Below are positions 9,460 to 19,550 of a stretch of 64,000 nt of DNA, one piece after another. The position numbers were made by a program, and so were the translations under genes. Positions within the stretch are counted from its first letter, which is position 1. Each line of letters opens with the position of its first letter. The notes under the pieces are model-generated. The model had not been told where the DNA came from and did not search any database. It worked only from the letters and a program-made list of their open reading frames with translations. The stretch is from Seleniivibrio woodruffii (GTDB lineage: Bacteria; Chrysiogenota; Deferribacteres; Deferribacterales; Geovibrionaceae). The stretch covers positions 87,106 to 151,105 of the forward strand of contig NZ_SMGG01000003.1 of the NCBI RefSeq assembly GCF_004339245.1, read 5' to 3'.

Positions 9460-9978
9460 ATGAAAAAGCTGTTTATGTTCCTCACACTTCTGATCTCAGC
9501 TTCGGCTTATGCCGGAGACTTCACCGTATCCGTTCCGTCAGCTAAGAGCGGCATGTTCACCAACGCTCAGGTACTCAACGGGTTCGGATGTTCAGGCGGC
9601 AACGTCTCACCGGAAATTATCTGGCAGAATCCCCCCGAAGGCACAAAAAGTTTCGCCCTCACAATCTACGACCCCGACGCCCCCACCGGCTCCGGCTGGT
9701 GGCACTGGGTGATTACCGACATTCCCGCAGACGTGCTCAGGATAGAATCGGGTTCCGTGCCGAAAGGAGCGCTGGAATCTGCCACTGACTTCGGCAAACC
9801 CGGCTACGGCGGCCCCTGCCCTCCCGAAGGCACAAACCACAGATACATTGTGACCGTCACTGCGCTTAAGACCGGAAAACTGGGTCTCAGCCCTTTCGCC
9901 GGCGGAGCAATGGCAGGTTTCATGATAAATATGAATGCAATAGCAAAGGCATCGGCTATAATAAGATACGGCAGATGA
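9460..9978 (+). CDS. YbhB/YbcL-family phosphatidylethanolamine-binding (PEBP) protein, secreted
   Basis: AAAGGAGG Shine-Dalgarno, a signal peptide MKKLFMFLTLLISASAYA, and the PEBP motifs DPDAP and GYGGPCPP. Confidence 0.8.
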   Translation: MKKLFMFLTLLISASAYAGDFTVSVPSAKSGMFTNAQVLNGFGCSGGNVSPEIIWQNPPEGTKSFALTIYDPDAPTGSGWWHWVITDIPADVLRIESGSVPKGALESATDFGKPGYGGPCPPEGTNHRYIVTVTALKTGKLGLSPFAGGAMAGFMINMNAIAKASAIIRYGR

Positions 9979-9993
9979 CTTTTGGGGCGGAAA

Positions 9994-10818
9994 ATGCCCC
10001 GTTTATGGTGGAATATGGCAAGAGAGATTAAATTCAGAAAGGGTGTCGGTGCTGTCGGAACAATCGTTCAGACCTGCGAAGAGACACTTTACAATCTGGC
10101 GGTGGCCGATCCGTGCCTTATAATGGTGGAGCTTGGCACTAAAAAGATGACCTCCGGAGATTCAGGCTATGAGATAAGGTCGTCTCAGGCTCTGGCCATA
10201 TGGAACACTGTGTATATCGATGTGACCAACATAAAGGCTGACGCAGGGTTCTATCAGGCATCATGGATAGCATGGGACCGAGAGCTGCTGGCAAAATATA
10301 CTTTGGGGAGAACTGCCAGAAAAACTGACTCAAAAAGGGATGTTGTGCATATCCCAAAAGCGGACTTGGTTCTGAAAGACACTTTCAGGCGTGCCGTTGA
10401 GGGTATCGCAGATGAGACTCTGCCACAGGAGATAGCTTCTCACAGGATGACGGAGCTTCTGCTTCTGCTGGACAGCATGAACTGCTTTTGCTCCCCCGAT
10501 GGGGATGTACCGCTCTCGTGGAAACTCCGGAAAATGCTGGACACGGAACCGTCAAGAAAGTGGCGCATCGCTGATATGACCCGTGAGTTCGGAATGAGCG
10601 AATCCACGCTGCGCAGAAGACTGACTGAAGAGAATATAAATATAGGCGAACTGCTTACGGATGTGAGAATGTCCAGAGCGCTGGCACTTCTGCAGTCAAC
10701 GGATATGACTGTCACCCGAATAGCATCCGAAACGGGCTATGACTGCGTTTCCCGATTCACAGCCAGATTCCGTCAGAGATTCGGATTCACCCCATCAGCT
10801 TTCAGGGGGCAGAGATGA
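9994..10818 (+). CDS. AraC-family transcriptional regulator
   Basis: C-terminal AraC helix-turn-helix region (STLRRRLTEENINIGELLTDVRMSRALALL...SAFR). The listed ORF begins at TTG 9982; I chose ATG 9994, and ATG 10015 is an alternative. Confidence 0.7.
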   Translation: MPRLWWNMAREIKFRKGVGAVGTIVQTCEETLYNLAVADPCLIMVELGTKKMTSGDSGYEIRSSQALAIWNTVYIDVTNIKADAGFYQASWIAWDRELLAKYTLGRTARKTDSKRDVVHIPKADLVLKDTFRRAVEGIADETLPQEIASHRMTELLLLLDSMNCFCSPDGDVPLSWKLRKMLDTEPSRKWRIADMTREFGMSESTLRRRLTEENINIGELLTDVRMSRALALLQSTDMTVTRIASETGYDCVSRFTARFRQRFGFTPSAFRGQR

Positions 10819-12138
10819 AACATCGGTTATCCTCTCGTCATCGGCAGTTAGTCCCCTGCGCATGCTCTCACGGATGTAGTCCATTCCGTTGTAAAAGCAT
10901 TTCAGCATAACCGAAAGCAAAAACCGCCCCTTAGGGGTTATTACGGCATCACTGCCGAAGCCTTCAACAGCTCCCAGCAGACGCAGAGCGTTGTATTCCA
11001 GAAAAGGCTTATGACTGGGATTGCCCTGCAATCCGAACATCTCCACCATCATTCTGTACTGGCTTATTGAATATCCGCCGAATGCTACGCTTTTAGTTGC
11101 GCCTGTCATTCCGGCGGCTATCCTGTCAGCATATTCTTTAAGCGAGAATGAGTTGGCATACAGAGTCCCGTTCAGGAAGCTGAAAGCCCCCGAGCCAAGT
11201 CCCACATACTCCTCATTGTCCACAACATATTCGTCAATGTTCGTTCCCCTGCTGTGCGCAAAAGCCCATGAAGTTCTCTGGATATAGGGTTCGGTCATCA
11301 TATCGCTTATGAGCTTATAATGTCCGGCCTCGCTGTCGTATCCGGCCTTGCCTATTCTGCTGCCGAATTTGTGCCCGGCAAAGGGTGCGTACATCAGCGG
11401 ATAGAAGGTCACCTGCTGGGGATTCAGCTTCAGAACGGTAAAAATATCCTCTCCCAGCTCCTCAGGAGTCTGTTCGGGGAAGTTATACATCATATCCACA
11501 TTAACCACAGGGAACAGTTTCAGGATCTCTTCAACCTTGCCGTACTGCTCCTCGCCTGTGCCGAATTTGTGTCTGCGGCCTATCCGCTCCAGATATTTAT
11601 CGTTAAAGGTCTGTATGCCCACCGAAAGCCTGTCTACCCTGCCGACAGTGTGCTCCAGATTTTCCGGATCGATATGGTTTGGATCGGTCTCAACCGAAAC
11701 CTCACGCACTCCGAAAAGCTCCTTCGCAAGGTCTATAGTCTTCGCCAGTTCGGCAGGTATTATGGTCGTTGTGCCGCCGCCGAAGCATACCGAGCTGAAT
11801 TTATAGCCCAGCTCTGCCGTCATCCGCATCTCCTGCCTGAGCAGTCTGAAATAGTTGGCCGCCGTCTCCTCATGAAAGCGGAAGCGGTGGAACGAGCAGT
11901 AGGGGCAGAGGGTCACGCAGAAGGGTATATGGAGATAGAGCATATACTGCCTGTTTTCCGCAGGGCGGGGCAGTGTGCTTATGTTGTGGTCATCCGCAAA
12001 ACGCAGATAATGCTTAACGGCTCTTTTCATAACCTGTCTGACAAGTTTTGCTGAGAAATCCCACTCTATGGAACCGGAAGACGGGTCGAGTTTATGAGGC
12101 TGGTGCACAAAAGACACTTCTCTTGGAAATCCGCTCAA
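10795..12138 (-). CDS. Radical SAM HemN-family protein (oxygen-independent coproporphyrinogen III oxidase-like)
   Basis: LHIPFCVTLCPYCSF CxxxCxxC motif and a HemN-like N-terminal extension (IEWDFSAKLV), 447 aa. Converges on the AraC gene with a 24-nt overlap. Confidence 0.7.
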   Translation of the reverse strand: MSGFPREVSFVHQPHKLDPSSGSIEWDFSAKLVRQVMKRAVKHYLRFADDHNISTLPRPAENRQYMLYLHIPFCVTLCPYCSFHRFRFHEETAANYFRLLRQEMRMTAELGYKFSSVCFGGGTTTIIPAELAKTIDLAKELFGVREVSVETDPNHIDPENLEHTVGRVDRLSVGIQTFNDKYLERIGRRHKFGTGEEQYGKVEEILKLFPVVNVDMMYNFPEQTPEELGEDIFTVLKLNPQQVTFYPLMYAPFAGHKFGSRIGKAGYDSEAGHYKLISDMMTEPYIQRTSWAFAHSRGTNIDEYVVDNEEYVGLGSGAFSFLNGTLYANSFSLKEYADRIAAGMTGATKSVAFGGYSISQYRMMVEMFGLQGNPSHKPFLEYNALRLLGAVEGFGSDAVITPKGRFLLSVMLKCFYNGMDYIRESMRRGLTADDERITDVSSLPPES

Positions 12139-12223
12139 ATCAATACCCTCTGACTACATTATCAATCATATGTTTTATTTTAGTGGTCACGGAACGATAA
12201 ATAAAGGGAAAATGAGAGGAAAA

Positions 12224-12253
12224 GAAAAAAAGGCTCCGCCGTTTGACGGAGCC
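12224..12253 (-). terminator. Rho-independent terminator for the lipoprotein gene (minus strand)
   Basis: On the minus strand a GGCTCCG...CGGAGCC hairpin is followed by a T8 run (A-run 12224..12231 on plus). Confidence 0.7.
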
Positions 12254-12259
12254 GCTATC

Positions 12260-15169
12260 TTAGCGCTGGTCGAGAATATAATTGAAGAACCTGACAGGCA
12301 GGTTTCTCAGCGAATATCCCGATGAGGATTTTTTATCTGAAACAACGGGCATGGCCGTATCTTTTGATACGGTGATATTTACATATTCAATGACGTTTCC
12401 GGAAGTCCCGTTCTGCGCATCAATGCTGTTGCTGTCAGGTTTCGCCGTCATACCGCCTATGTTAAGCCCGGAAGTGACGTTCACCATTGCGGAGCCAAGA
12501 ACCAGTGCGGAATAGTTCGTCGCAGGAATGACATCGGTTTCTGCTCCCACAGGGGGAAGAATTATTGAGTCCTGAACATAAAGGGAGCTCATGTCAACCT
12601 TAAGCATTGAGTTGCTTGTGCTGAATGATCCCTCCCAGTCCTGACCGCTGTAGCCGAAAAGCAGGAAAAGTGTTCCGTAAGGGCCTTCCGCAAATCTGCT
12701 GAATCCTCCGATTCCGTACTGCCCCAAGGCAGACGAGCCCATATAGTCCATATGGGTGAATCCGGTAATGCCGTAACCGGCTCCGGTCACACTGCCGTGC
12801 AGTTTAGCTATTCTGACCATCATCGTTCCGGTTTCGGAGTTTGTGTACTGGTGCAGGTAGTATATGTTTCCGCTGCTGTCGCTGATGGGATCATCCACAA
12901 TGACAGGGCTCTCGTCATAGTTTACCCCGTCTATAAAATATGATGAGTCATAGTTCATGGCAGTATCACAGATAACAACCCCCAGCCGTCTGGACGGACC
13001 ATCAAAAATACGTCCCATTAGTCCGATTCTGTTAAGGGGTTTGATGAGAAGAACCGCAGTAAGTCTGAATTCGGCATCACCTCCGGAGTTATCTTTAAAG
13101 CTGAAGCGCAGTGACGATTCTGCGGCTCCGGTGGCTATATTCAGCTTTATCAGGTCGATCACACCGTCTGAATCCGACGTTGCAACGTACATATACTCAG
13201 TTCCGCCCTCAGAGGCTACAACAGCCCCCGCCGTTTTTGTCCATAAGCCGGAGGGCGATCTGTATTCCTTTATCCATGATATATCCGAAAGGTCACTGTT
13301 TATCTTCATAACGGATACGCTTCCGGTCTCGGTCTGGAGATTGCTCACTATATAAAAATTGCCGCTGCTGTCGGTCAGTTTACTGTAAACAGCCTGCGAC
13401 TGAATGTCCGGATAATTGACGAAACTGATGGCTTTGCTGACCGGATTTTCACCGCCCGTAAGTTTTGAAACGATAAAATCCATGCCGCCGTTACCGCCGC
13501 CGTCTCTTTCAACACGGCTGAGGTATCCGTAGGTATAGACCGAATCATCATAGGCTGCTCCGCCCCAGATGAGACCTGATAAATGATATCTGTTGGTGTC
13601 GTAGCCTGTCTCATTCTCCAGAAATCCGTAAAAACCGCCTGTGCCGGGGGTTTTGAACACGCTCTCTTTTGCAGCAGAGTTGGAAAGGCCGTATTCCTTC
13701 TGAGCCATAAGGTAGTTGAATGAGTAATAGACAGTATAGTCCCTCATGAAGCTGTCGGTGGCTGTTATTCCAATCACAAAATAGTAGCCGTAAAACTGCA
13801 TCAGCTCCGATATGTCGTTTATGGAGAAGGAGAGATTGGTCAGCGCAATTCGGGATTCTTCATGGATGCCGAAGTCTTCGTTTCCTGCATCAATGGATAT
13901 CCTTAGCCCCGAGGGGGTATAGTCATCGGGCAGGGTAACATGGAAATCGAACCTGTATTCCTGTCCGTCCTCGACCATTTCCATCCGAAGCTGAGGGAAC
14001 ATGGACGGAGGAAGTTCGAGAGCGGGCTTGGGGCCTCTGACGGCATAGGTTTCCGTACTGCTGTCGCTGTACTCGGCTGTCAAAGGTGTGTATGCACCCA
14101 TATCTGTGCCGTTGTAGGGCACTATGTTATATTCCATCGGGCTGAAGTAGTAATCTAATACATCCAGTCCCTCGCCGTTATCGAAAGTATATCTGTGGTT
14201 CTCTTCGGAAAGTCCGAACCAGTGCGAATCAGGATTCATTTTCTCAAATACGGCCGTGTCTATGCCTGTACCGGAGAGATTAAAGCCTTCTAAAGGGTAT
14301 TGATCCTCGCTGGGATAATATTCGGCGCTTATGCCTGAAATCACGAAAGGCTCGGTCTGGTCAACGTATCTGTATCCTCTTACAGAGCTGTGTCTAAGTT
14401 CCAGATCATGTTCTATACCGTTGCCCTTTATCTTCCAGGAGCCTTCCTCTTTAACAAACCCTGCGGTGACTATTTCATATGAACCGTCGGAAAAGGTCAC
14501 CCTTATGTCGTACATCCCCGCCATGGAGCTTCCGTCACGCTTCATGCGCTCGTCAAGCCCGCTGACGCTGACTGAGGCCACTTCGATGCCTTCATCATAT
14601 TTAAAATCGGAGTTCTTCGTCATGAGTTCGTTTATGAATGTGTCCCTGTCCATGCCGTCCATAACGCCGAAATCCTGAGCGACATAGCTGCTCAGAGTGT
14701 TATAGTCCGCATCACCGCTGAAAGCTGTTTTAAGCATGTTCAGAGCGGCAAGCTCCATGGAGTTCTTGTCTGCAAACCCGCAAACCAGTTCCGCATCCGT
14801 GGTGGTGTTCGGCATTATCTCGACATCCGCAGTTCCCGCACAGATAACGGACTCGTTTTCGTCCTCGGCAGATATTGCGAATGTGTAGGTTTTTCCGGCT
14901 GAAAGCCCTTCAATAACGATGGGTTCCTTATCTGCTGCTGCGGCTGTTGCGTCAACCTCATGGGTCTGTTCGCCAGCTGTCGAATAGGAAATGGTCACTT
15001 TTCCTATATAAAAATTGCCCACATGGAATCCGGTCTTGCCGGATGTTGAATTTTCAAACTGCATGCTGAGTTCCACCGAGTTTTTCGACTTGCTGGTGGT
15101 GGTTCCTCCGCCGCAGGCAACTGTCAGCAACGATACCAATATAAGTTTAATAAGTGTTGATAATTTCAT
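12260..15169 (-). CDS. Large (969 aa) lipoprotein of unknown function
   Basis: Signal peptide with a lipobox (LLTVAC). The remainder is Ser/Thr/Gly/Tyr-rich, probably beta-rich and extracellular. I recognised no catalytic motif. Confidence 0.55.
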   Translation of the reverse strand: MKLSTLIKLILVSLLTVACGGGTTTSKSKNSVELSMQFENSTSGKTGFHVGNFYIGKVTISYSTAGEQTHEVDATAAAADKEPIVIEGLSAGKTYTFAISAEDENESVICAGTADVEIMPNTTTDAELVCGFADKNSMELAALNMLKTAFSGDADYNTLSSYVAQDFGVMDGMDRDTFINELMTKNSDFKYDEGIEVASVSVSGLDERMKRDGSSMAGMYDIRVTFSDGSYEIVTAGFVKEEGSWKIKGNGIEHDLELRHSSVRGYRYVDQTEPFVISGISAEYYPSEDQYPLEGFNLSGTGIDTAVFEKMNPDSHWFGLSEENHRYTFDNGEGLDVLDYYFSPMEYNIVPYNGTDMGAYTPLTAEYSDSSTETYAVRGPKPALELPPSMFPQLRMEMVEDGQEYRFDFHVTLPDDYTPSGLRISIDAGNEDFGIHEESRIALTNLSFSINDISELMQFYGYYFVIGITATDSFMRDYTVYYSFNYLMAQKEYGLSNSAAKESVFKTPGTGGFYGFLENETGYDTNRYHLSGLIWGGAAYDDSVYTYGYLSRVERDGGGNGGMDFIVSKLTGGENPVSKAISFVNYPDIQSQAVYSKLTDSSGNFYIVSNLQTETGSVSVMKINSDLSDISWIKEYRSPSGLWTKTAGAVVASEGGTEYMYVATSDSDGVIDLIKLNIATGAAESSLRFSFKDNSGGDAEFRLTAVLLIKPLNRIGLMGRIFDGPSRRLGVVICDTAMNYDSSYFIDGVNYDESPVIVDDPISDSSGNIYYLHQYTNSETGTMMVRIAKLHGSVTGAGYGITGFTHMDYMGSSALGQYGIGGFSRFAEGPYGTLFLLFGYSGQDWEGSFSTSNSMLKVDMSSLYVQDSIILPPVGAETDVIPATNYSALVLGSAMVNVTSGLNIGGMTAKPDSNSIDAQNGTSGNVIEYVNITVSKDTAMPVVSDKKSSSGYSLRNLPVRFFNYILDQR

Positions 15170-15247
15170 AAAGACTCCATAAAGCAGTATAGCAGGCTTA
15201 CAGCCGATTATGCAACCTACCCTGTTATGCAGTGAACGGAAAGAACA

Positions 15248-16585
15248 TCAGGAATAAAGCTCACGCTCTATGGTGGTGATGATAAGCTGTACCTCTCTGC
15301 TCTCCTTGTATTTGTCGGAAATGGATTTTACGGCGTGGAGAACAGTTGAGTGGTCTCTTCCGCCGAACATCTGTCCGACCTCCTGCAGTGAGAGATTCAG
15401 CTTCTCCCGCAGAAGATACATAGCCACCTGACGGGGCATGGATATGCTTTTGGTACGTTTTTTGGACTTCATATCCGCCATTTTAACGTTAAAATACGCA
15501 GAAACGGCATCGATGATATTTTCTGACGTGACAACCCTGTCTTTTTTCACGAGGAATTTTTCCAGCGCCTGTCTGGCAAGGTCGATCGTAACCTTGCGCT
15601 TGTGGAAACTGGAGAATGCGCTCAGGCGAACCAGCGAACCGATAAGCTCTCTGATGTTCTCCGTTACAAGGTTCTCTGCCATGAAAAAGGCAACTTCGTG
15701 GGGCATGGGCAGACCCATGAACTCCGCACGCTTGATGAGGATGGCGGTCTTCTCCTCGACACTGGGGGGCTGGATATCGGCAATGAGTCCCCATGAGAAA
15801 CGGCTCTTGAGCCTGTCCTCCATCTCCGGAAGCTCTGCGGGGGTCTTGTCGCTGGTTATTATTATCTGTTTCTGGTTGTCATACAGGGCGTTGAAGGTGT
15901 TGAAGAACTCCTCCGTGCTTCGCTGTTTGCCCGAAAGGAACTGAACGTCGTCGAAAAGGATAAGGTCGATGTTGCGGTATTTATTCTGAAACTCGTCCAT
16001 CTTTTTCATGCGGATGGCGTTTATCATTTCGTTGGTAAAGGTTTCGCTGGTGCAGTAGAGCACCTTCATTTTGGGGAATTTTTCAAGGATACGGTTTCCC
16101 ACTGCCTGCATCATGTGGGTTTTTCCCAGACCTACCCCGCCGTATATAAAAAGCGGGTTATACTGCATGAACTGACCTTCGGAAACGGCCTGACATGCGC
16201 TGTAGGCAAACTCGTTTGAGCTTCCCGCAACGAAATTCTCGAAAATATATTCTTTGTTAAGGTTTGTTCCGCCGTTTTTGGGAACACTGACAACCGCACC
16301 CGAAGGCACACTGCTGACCTCGGCCTGCGCCTGCTTTTTCTCAGCACCGACTATAACGGAGACATCGGCCTCGATAGCCAGATTCTCTTTGAAAACCTTT
16401 TTTATCTGCCCCAGATATTTGTCTTCGGCCCATTTTTTGTAGAATTTGTTAGGTGCGGCAAGGGTGATCATATCCCCGCGAAGCTCCACCACGCTCAGGG
16501 GTTCAAGCCAAACCTTGACCTCCTGCTCGGAAAGCTCCTTACGCAGATATTTCAACACCTCTTCCCAGATTCCGCTCTCGTCCAT
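15248..16585 (-). CDS. dnaA: Chromosomal replication initiator DnaA
   Basis: AAA+ Walker A (GGVGLGKTHMM), Walker B (DLILFDDVQFL), and the C-terminal DnaA-box binding domain (RQVAMYLLRE...HSTV). Confidence 0.93.
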   Translation of the reverse strand: MDESGIWEEVLKYLRKELSEQEVKVWLEPLSVVELRGDMITLAAPNKFYKKWAEDKYLGQIKKVFKENLAIEADVSVIVGAEKKQAQAEVSSVPSGAVVSVPKNGGTNLNKEYIFENFVAGSSNEFAYSACQAVSEGQFMQYNPLFIYGGVGLGKTHMMQAVGNRILEKFPKMKVLYCTSETFTNEMINAIRMKKMDEFQNKYRNIDLILFDDVQFLSGKQRSTEEFFNTFNALYDNQKQIIITSDKTPAELPEMEDRLKSRFSWGLIADIQPPSVEEKTAILIKRAEFMGLPMPHEVAFFMAENLVTENIRELIGSLVRLSAFSSFHKRKVTIDLARQALEKFLVKKDRVVTSENIIDAVSAYFNVKMADMKSKKRTKSISMPRQVAMYLLREKLNLSLQEVGQMFGGRDHSTVLHAVKSISDKYKESREVQLIITTIERELYS

Positions 16586-16623
16586 ACTGTCTTTGTTTCC
16601 CCGAAAAATACGAATGAAAGGAT

Positions 16624-16652
16624 ATTATAGCAGAACACTGCCAGCTTGTATA
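16624..16652 (-). promoter_or_regulatory. Predicted sigma70 extended -10 promoter for dnaA
   Basis: Minus strand reads TATACA-N17-TG-c-TATAAT about 38 nt upstream of the dnaA ATG. Confidence 0.5.
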
Positions 16653-16672
16653 CTCCAACCAGATACTGACGT

Positions 16673-17920
16673 TTAATTCAGTATGAAGACCGTCTTGGGG
16701 CCTTCAAAAATCTTTGCGGCACGCCTGACATCCTCTTTGGTTATCTTTCTGAGAGTCTCCACATAGTTGTCAAAGTACGCACTGCCCAGCCCCACGTTCT
16801 CAAAGAAACATGCGTACCACGCCTGTTTCGAGTTGGTCTGTGAGTCTGTGAGCAGTCTGCCGAGCATGTAGTTCTTTGCAGCCTCAAGCTCTTCGTCGGT
16901 CAGGGTTTCATAAAAGGTTTTGTTTATTCTGTCCAGCGACTTAAGTGCGTCCGGAACGTTCTCGGAGTTAAGCCCTATGTATGACATGAATCTGGAGGAA
17001 CAGAGTCTTGATGCATATGCCGCATAAACGGAATAGGCATAGCCTTTGTCCTTGCGCAGTTCGTTGAAGTATCTGCTGCTCATTCCGCCGCCCAGCAGGT
17101 CTGTGACCACCTTAAGCGCAGGATAATCACTGGCCGCCGCATCGGGTGCTGTGTAGCCGATATAGAGTTTCGCCTGTTTGGAGTTTTTGTCCTTCTCCCT
17201 AACCTGCTCATCTTTCAGGATAACGCTTCCGGTGCAGTCCGGTTTATACGCTTTTCCTCTGGGCAGAGCGGAGAATATGGCACGGATGCGGTTCATCTGG
17301 TCTTCGGTGTAATTGCCCGCCACCGCAAGGGTGATGTTCGATCCGGTGAGCATCTCTTTTCCGTATGCTTTCAGAGCCTTTTCCGTGAGGGATTCCACAC
17401 TTTCCAGAGTGCCCTCTCCGGGCAGTCCGTAGGGATGTGCTCCGTATGTCGCCTTCTGGAAGTTTTTATATGCTCTGCTGTCGGGGTTGTCCTCCGCAGC
17501 GATTATTGATTCTTTAAGGAGCGCTTTCTCACGCTTGAACACTTCGGGGTCTATCTCGGGCTTGCTGATCATCGCAGAGTAATAGCCTATCAGCTTGTCG
17601 AATTTTTCAGTGGGGATAGCAAAGGAGACCTCCATGAAGTCGGAGCTGACAGAAGCGGAAACACCGCCGCCGTAGAACTCAACCTGTTTCAGAAGCTCAC
17701 TGCTTTTGACCCATGAAGACGTGAAAAGATCGCCTATTCCGTTGTTCTTCTCCGTCTCTCTTATGGTTCCGCCCTTAACAAAGAACACGATCGACATTGT
17801 GTTCGTATAGGGACGTTTTATCTCTATCACCCTCACACCGTTATCCATAACAGGCTTTCCTCCGGCAAAAACGGGCAGCGCAAACAGCACCGCCAGCAGA
17901 CTGATCAGCAAAAATTTCAT
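16673..17920 (-). CDS. Secreted M16 (insulinase) family homologue lacking the HXXEH zinc motif
   Basis: Signal peptide and an M16-fold protein of 415 aa. No HxxEH is visible in the N-terminal domain. Confidence 0.6.
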   Translation of the reverse strand: MKFLLISLLAVLFALPVFAGGKPVMDNGVRVIEIKRPYTNTMSIVFFVKGGTIRETEKNNGIGDLFTSSWVKSSELLKQVEFYGGGVSASVSSDFMEVSFAIPTEKFDKLIGYYSAMISKPEIDPEVFKREKALLKESIIAAEDNPDSRAYKNFQKATYGAHPYGLPGEGTLESVESLTEKALKAYGKEMLTGSNITLAVAGNYTEDQMNRIRAIFSALPRGKAYKPDCTGSVILKDEQVREKDKNSKQAKLYIGYTAPDAAASDYPALKVVTDLLGGGMSSRYFNELRKDKGYAYSVYAAYASRLCSSRFMSYIGLNSENVPDALKSLDRINKTFYETLTDEELEAAKNYMLGRLLTDSQTNSKQAWYACFFENVGLGSAYFDNYVETLRKITKEDVRRAAKIFEGPKTVFILN

Positions 17921-18519
17921 ATCACAAAGACCTTGCGCCCTTCAACCTTAAGCCTGTCCTCGCAGAAGAGAGCGACGGCTTCGGGGTATATTCTGTGTTC
18001 CTCTTTCAGGATGCGCTCGGCAAGTGTATGGTCATCGTCATCCTGAAGCACGGGCACAACAGCCTGAAGGATGATGTTTCCGTGGTCCATCTCCTCGTCG
18101 ACGAAATGGACTGTGCATCCGGCGAACTTTACGCCGTATTCGAACGCCTGTTTCTGGGCATCCAGTCCTTTGAAAGAGGGGAGGAGGGACGGATGTATGT
18201 TGAGTATCCTGTTGCGGAACTCGCTTACGAAATAAGGGGAGATGATGCGCATGAAACCTGCCAGACAAACCAGTTCAACACCCTTTTCTTTAAGGATGCG
18301 CACCAGTTCCCTGTCGTAGGCCTCTCTGCCGTCAAACTCCTTCGGGTTGACGAAAATCGCCTCAAGCCCCTGCTCTCTTGCAAATTCAAGGCCTTTGGAG
18401 TCAGCTTTGTTGCTGATAACTGCGACTATTTCGCCCTTTATTGCGCCTTCGTCTATCTTCTTTTTGATTGAAACAAAGTTGCTGCCCCGTCCGGAAAGCA
18501 GCACGGCTATCTTTTTCAA
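17917..18519 (-). CDS. purN: Phosphoribosylglycinamide formyltransferase
   Basis: Starts MKKIAVLLSGRGSNF and contains NIHPSLLPSFKG. 200 aa. Confidence 0.9.
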   Translation of the reverse strand: MKKIAVLLSGRGSNFVSIKKKIDEGAIKGEIVAVISNKADSKGLEFAREQGLEAIFVNPKEFDGREAYDRELVRILKEKGVELVCLAGFMRIISPYFVSEFRNRILNIHPSLLPSFKGLDAQKQAFEYGVKFAGCTVHFVDEEMDHGNIILQAVVPVLQDDDDHTLAERILKEEHRIYPEAVALFCEDRLKVEGRKVFVI

Positions 18520-19541
18520 TTCACACCCTCTATTTCCACTTCGCCTGTGGAGGTTACACAGCCTATGACAGCCGCATCGTCCAGAAGTTTTATAATTTTA
18601 TCCGCTTCCGCCTGCTCAACGGCGATTATGAAACCCACGCCCATGTTGAAAACTCTGTAGAGCTCTTTGGGCTCGATTCCGGATTTATCGAGGATAAACT
18701 TATATATTTCAGGCAGTTTGAAGGTTTGGGGGTCTATTCTGACGCCTGTTCCTTCGGGCAGGACTCTGGGTATGTTGTCATAGAATCCGCCGCCTGTGAT
18801 ATGAACCATTCCCTTTATGTCGATGCCTTCGGCAAGAAGCTTCATTATGTGGGGGACATAAAGTTTGGTGGGGGTCAGGAGTGCATATTTAAGCTGAGTG
18901 TCGCCGTACACTATATCGTCGGGCTTCATTCCAAGCTTGTCGAAGAACAGCTTTCTGGCCAGAGAGAATCCGTTGCTGTGCAGACCGCTGGAGGAGATAC
19001 CCACCAGAACGTCGCCCGCCTTAATGCGCTCTCCCGTGATGGCCTTGGGCTTGTCCAGAATACCCACTGCGAAACCTGCGAGGTCAAAATCCTCGCCGGA
19101 ATACATTCCGGGCATCTCGGCAGTCTCGCCGCCCACAAGGGGGCAGTCGGAAACCCTGCATCCTTCGGCTATGCCCTGAATAACTCTGGACATCTTCTCG
19201 GCGGACAGTTTTCCCGTTGCCATATAGTCCAGAAAGAACAGAGGCTTTGCTCCGGTGACTATGATATCGTTGACGCACATTGCAACAAGGTCGATGCCCA
19301 CTGTGTCGAGAATATCGGTGTCTATCGCCACTTTAAGCTTGGTGCCCACACCGTCTGTGCCGGAAACAAGCACGGGATGCTCCATGCCCTTCATTGAGGA
19401 CACGTCAAAGAACCCCGCAAAGCCGCCTATGCTGCCCATAACGTTTTTATTGTAAGTCGATTCGACCGTTTTTTTAATGACCGATACGAAGCGGTTGCCT
19501 TCGTCTATATCCACTCCGCTTGATTTGTAATCCAGAGACAC
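18516..19541 (-). CDS. purM: Phosphoribosylformylglycinamidine cyclo-ligase (AIR synthetase)
   Basis: MSLDYKSSGVDIDEGN... is a PurM N-terminus. 341 aa. Confidence 0.92.
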   Translation of the reverse strand: MSLDYKSSGVDIDEGNRFVSVIKKTVESTYNKNVMGSIGGFAGFFDVSSMKGMEHPVLVSGTDGVGTKLKVAIDTDILDTVGIDLVAMCVNDIIVTGAKPLFFLDYMATGKLSAEKMSRVIQGIAEGCRVSDCPLVGGETAEMPGMYSGEDFDLAGFAVGILDKPKAITGERIKAGDVLVGISSSGLHSNGFSLARKLFFDKLGMKPDDIVYGDTQLKYALLTPTKLYVPHIMKLLAEGIDIKGMVHITGGGFYDNIPRVLPEGTGVRIDPQTFKLPEIYKFILDKSGIEPKELYRVFNMGVGFIIAVEQAEADKIIKLLDDAAVIGCVTSTGEVEIEGVN

Positions 19542-19550
19542 TTTCTCCCC

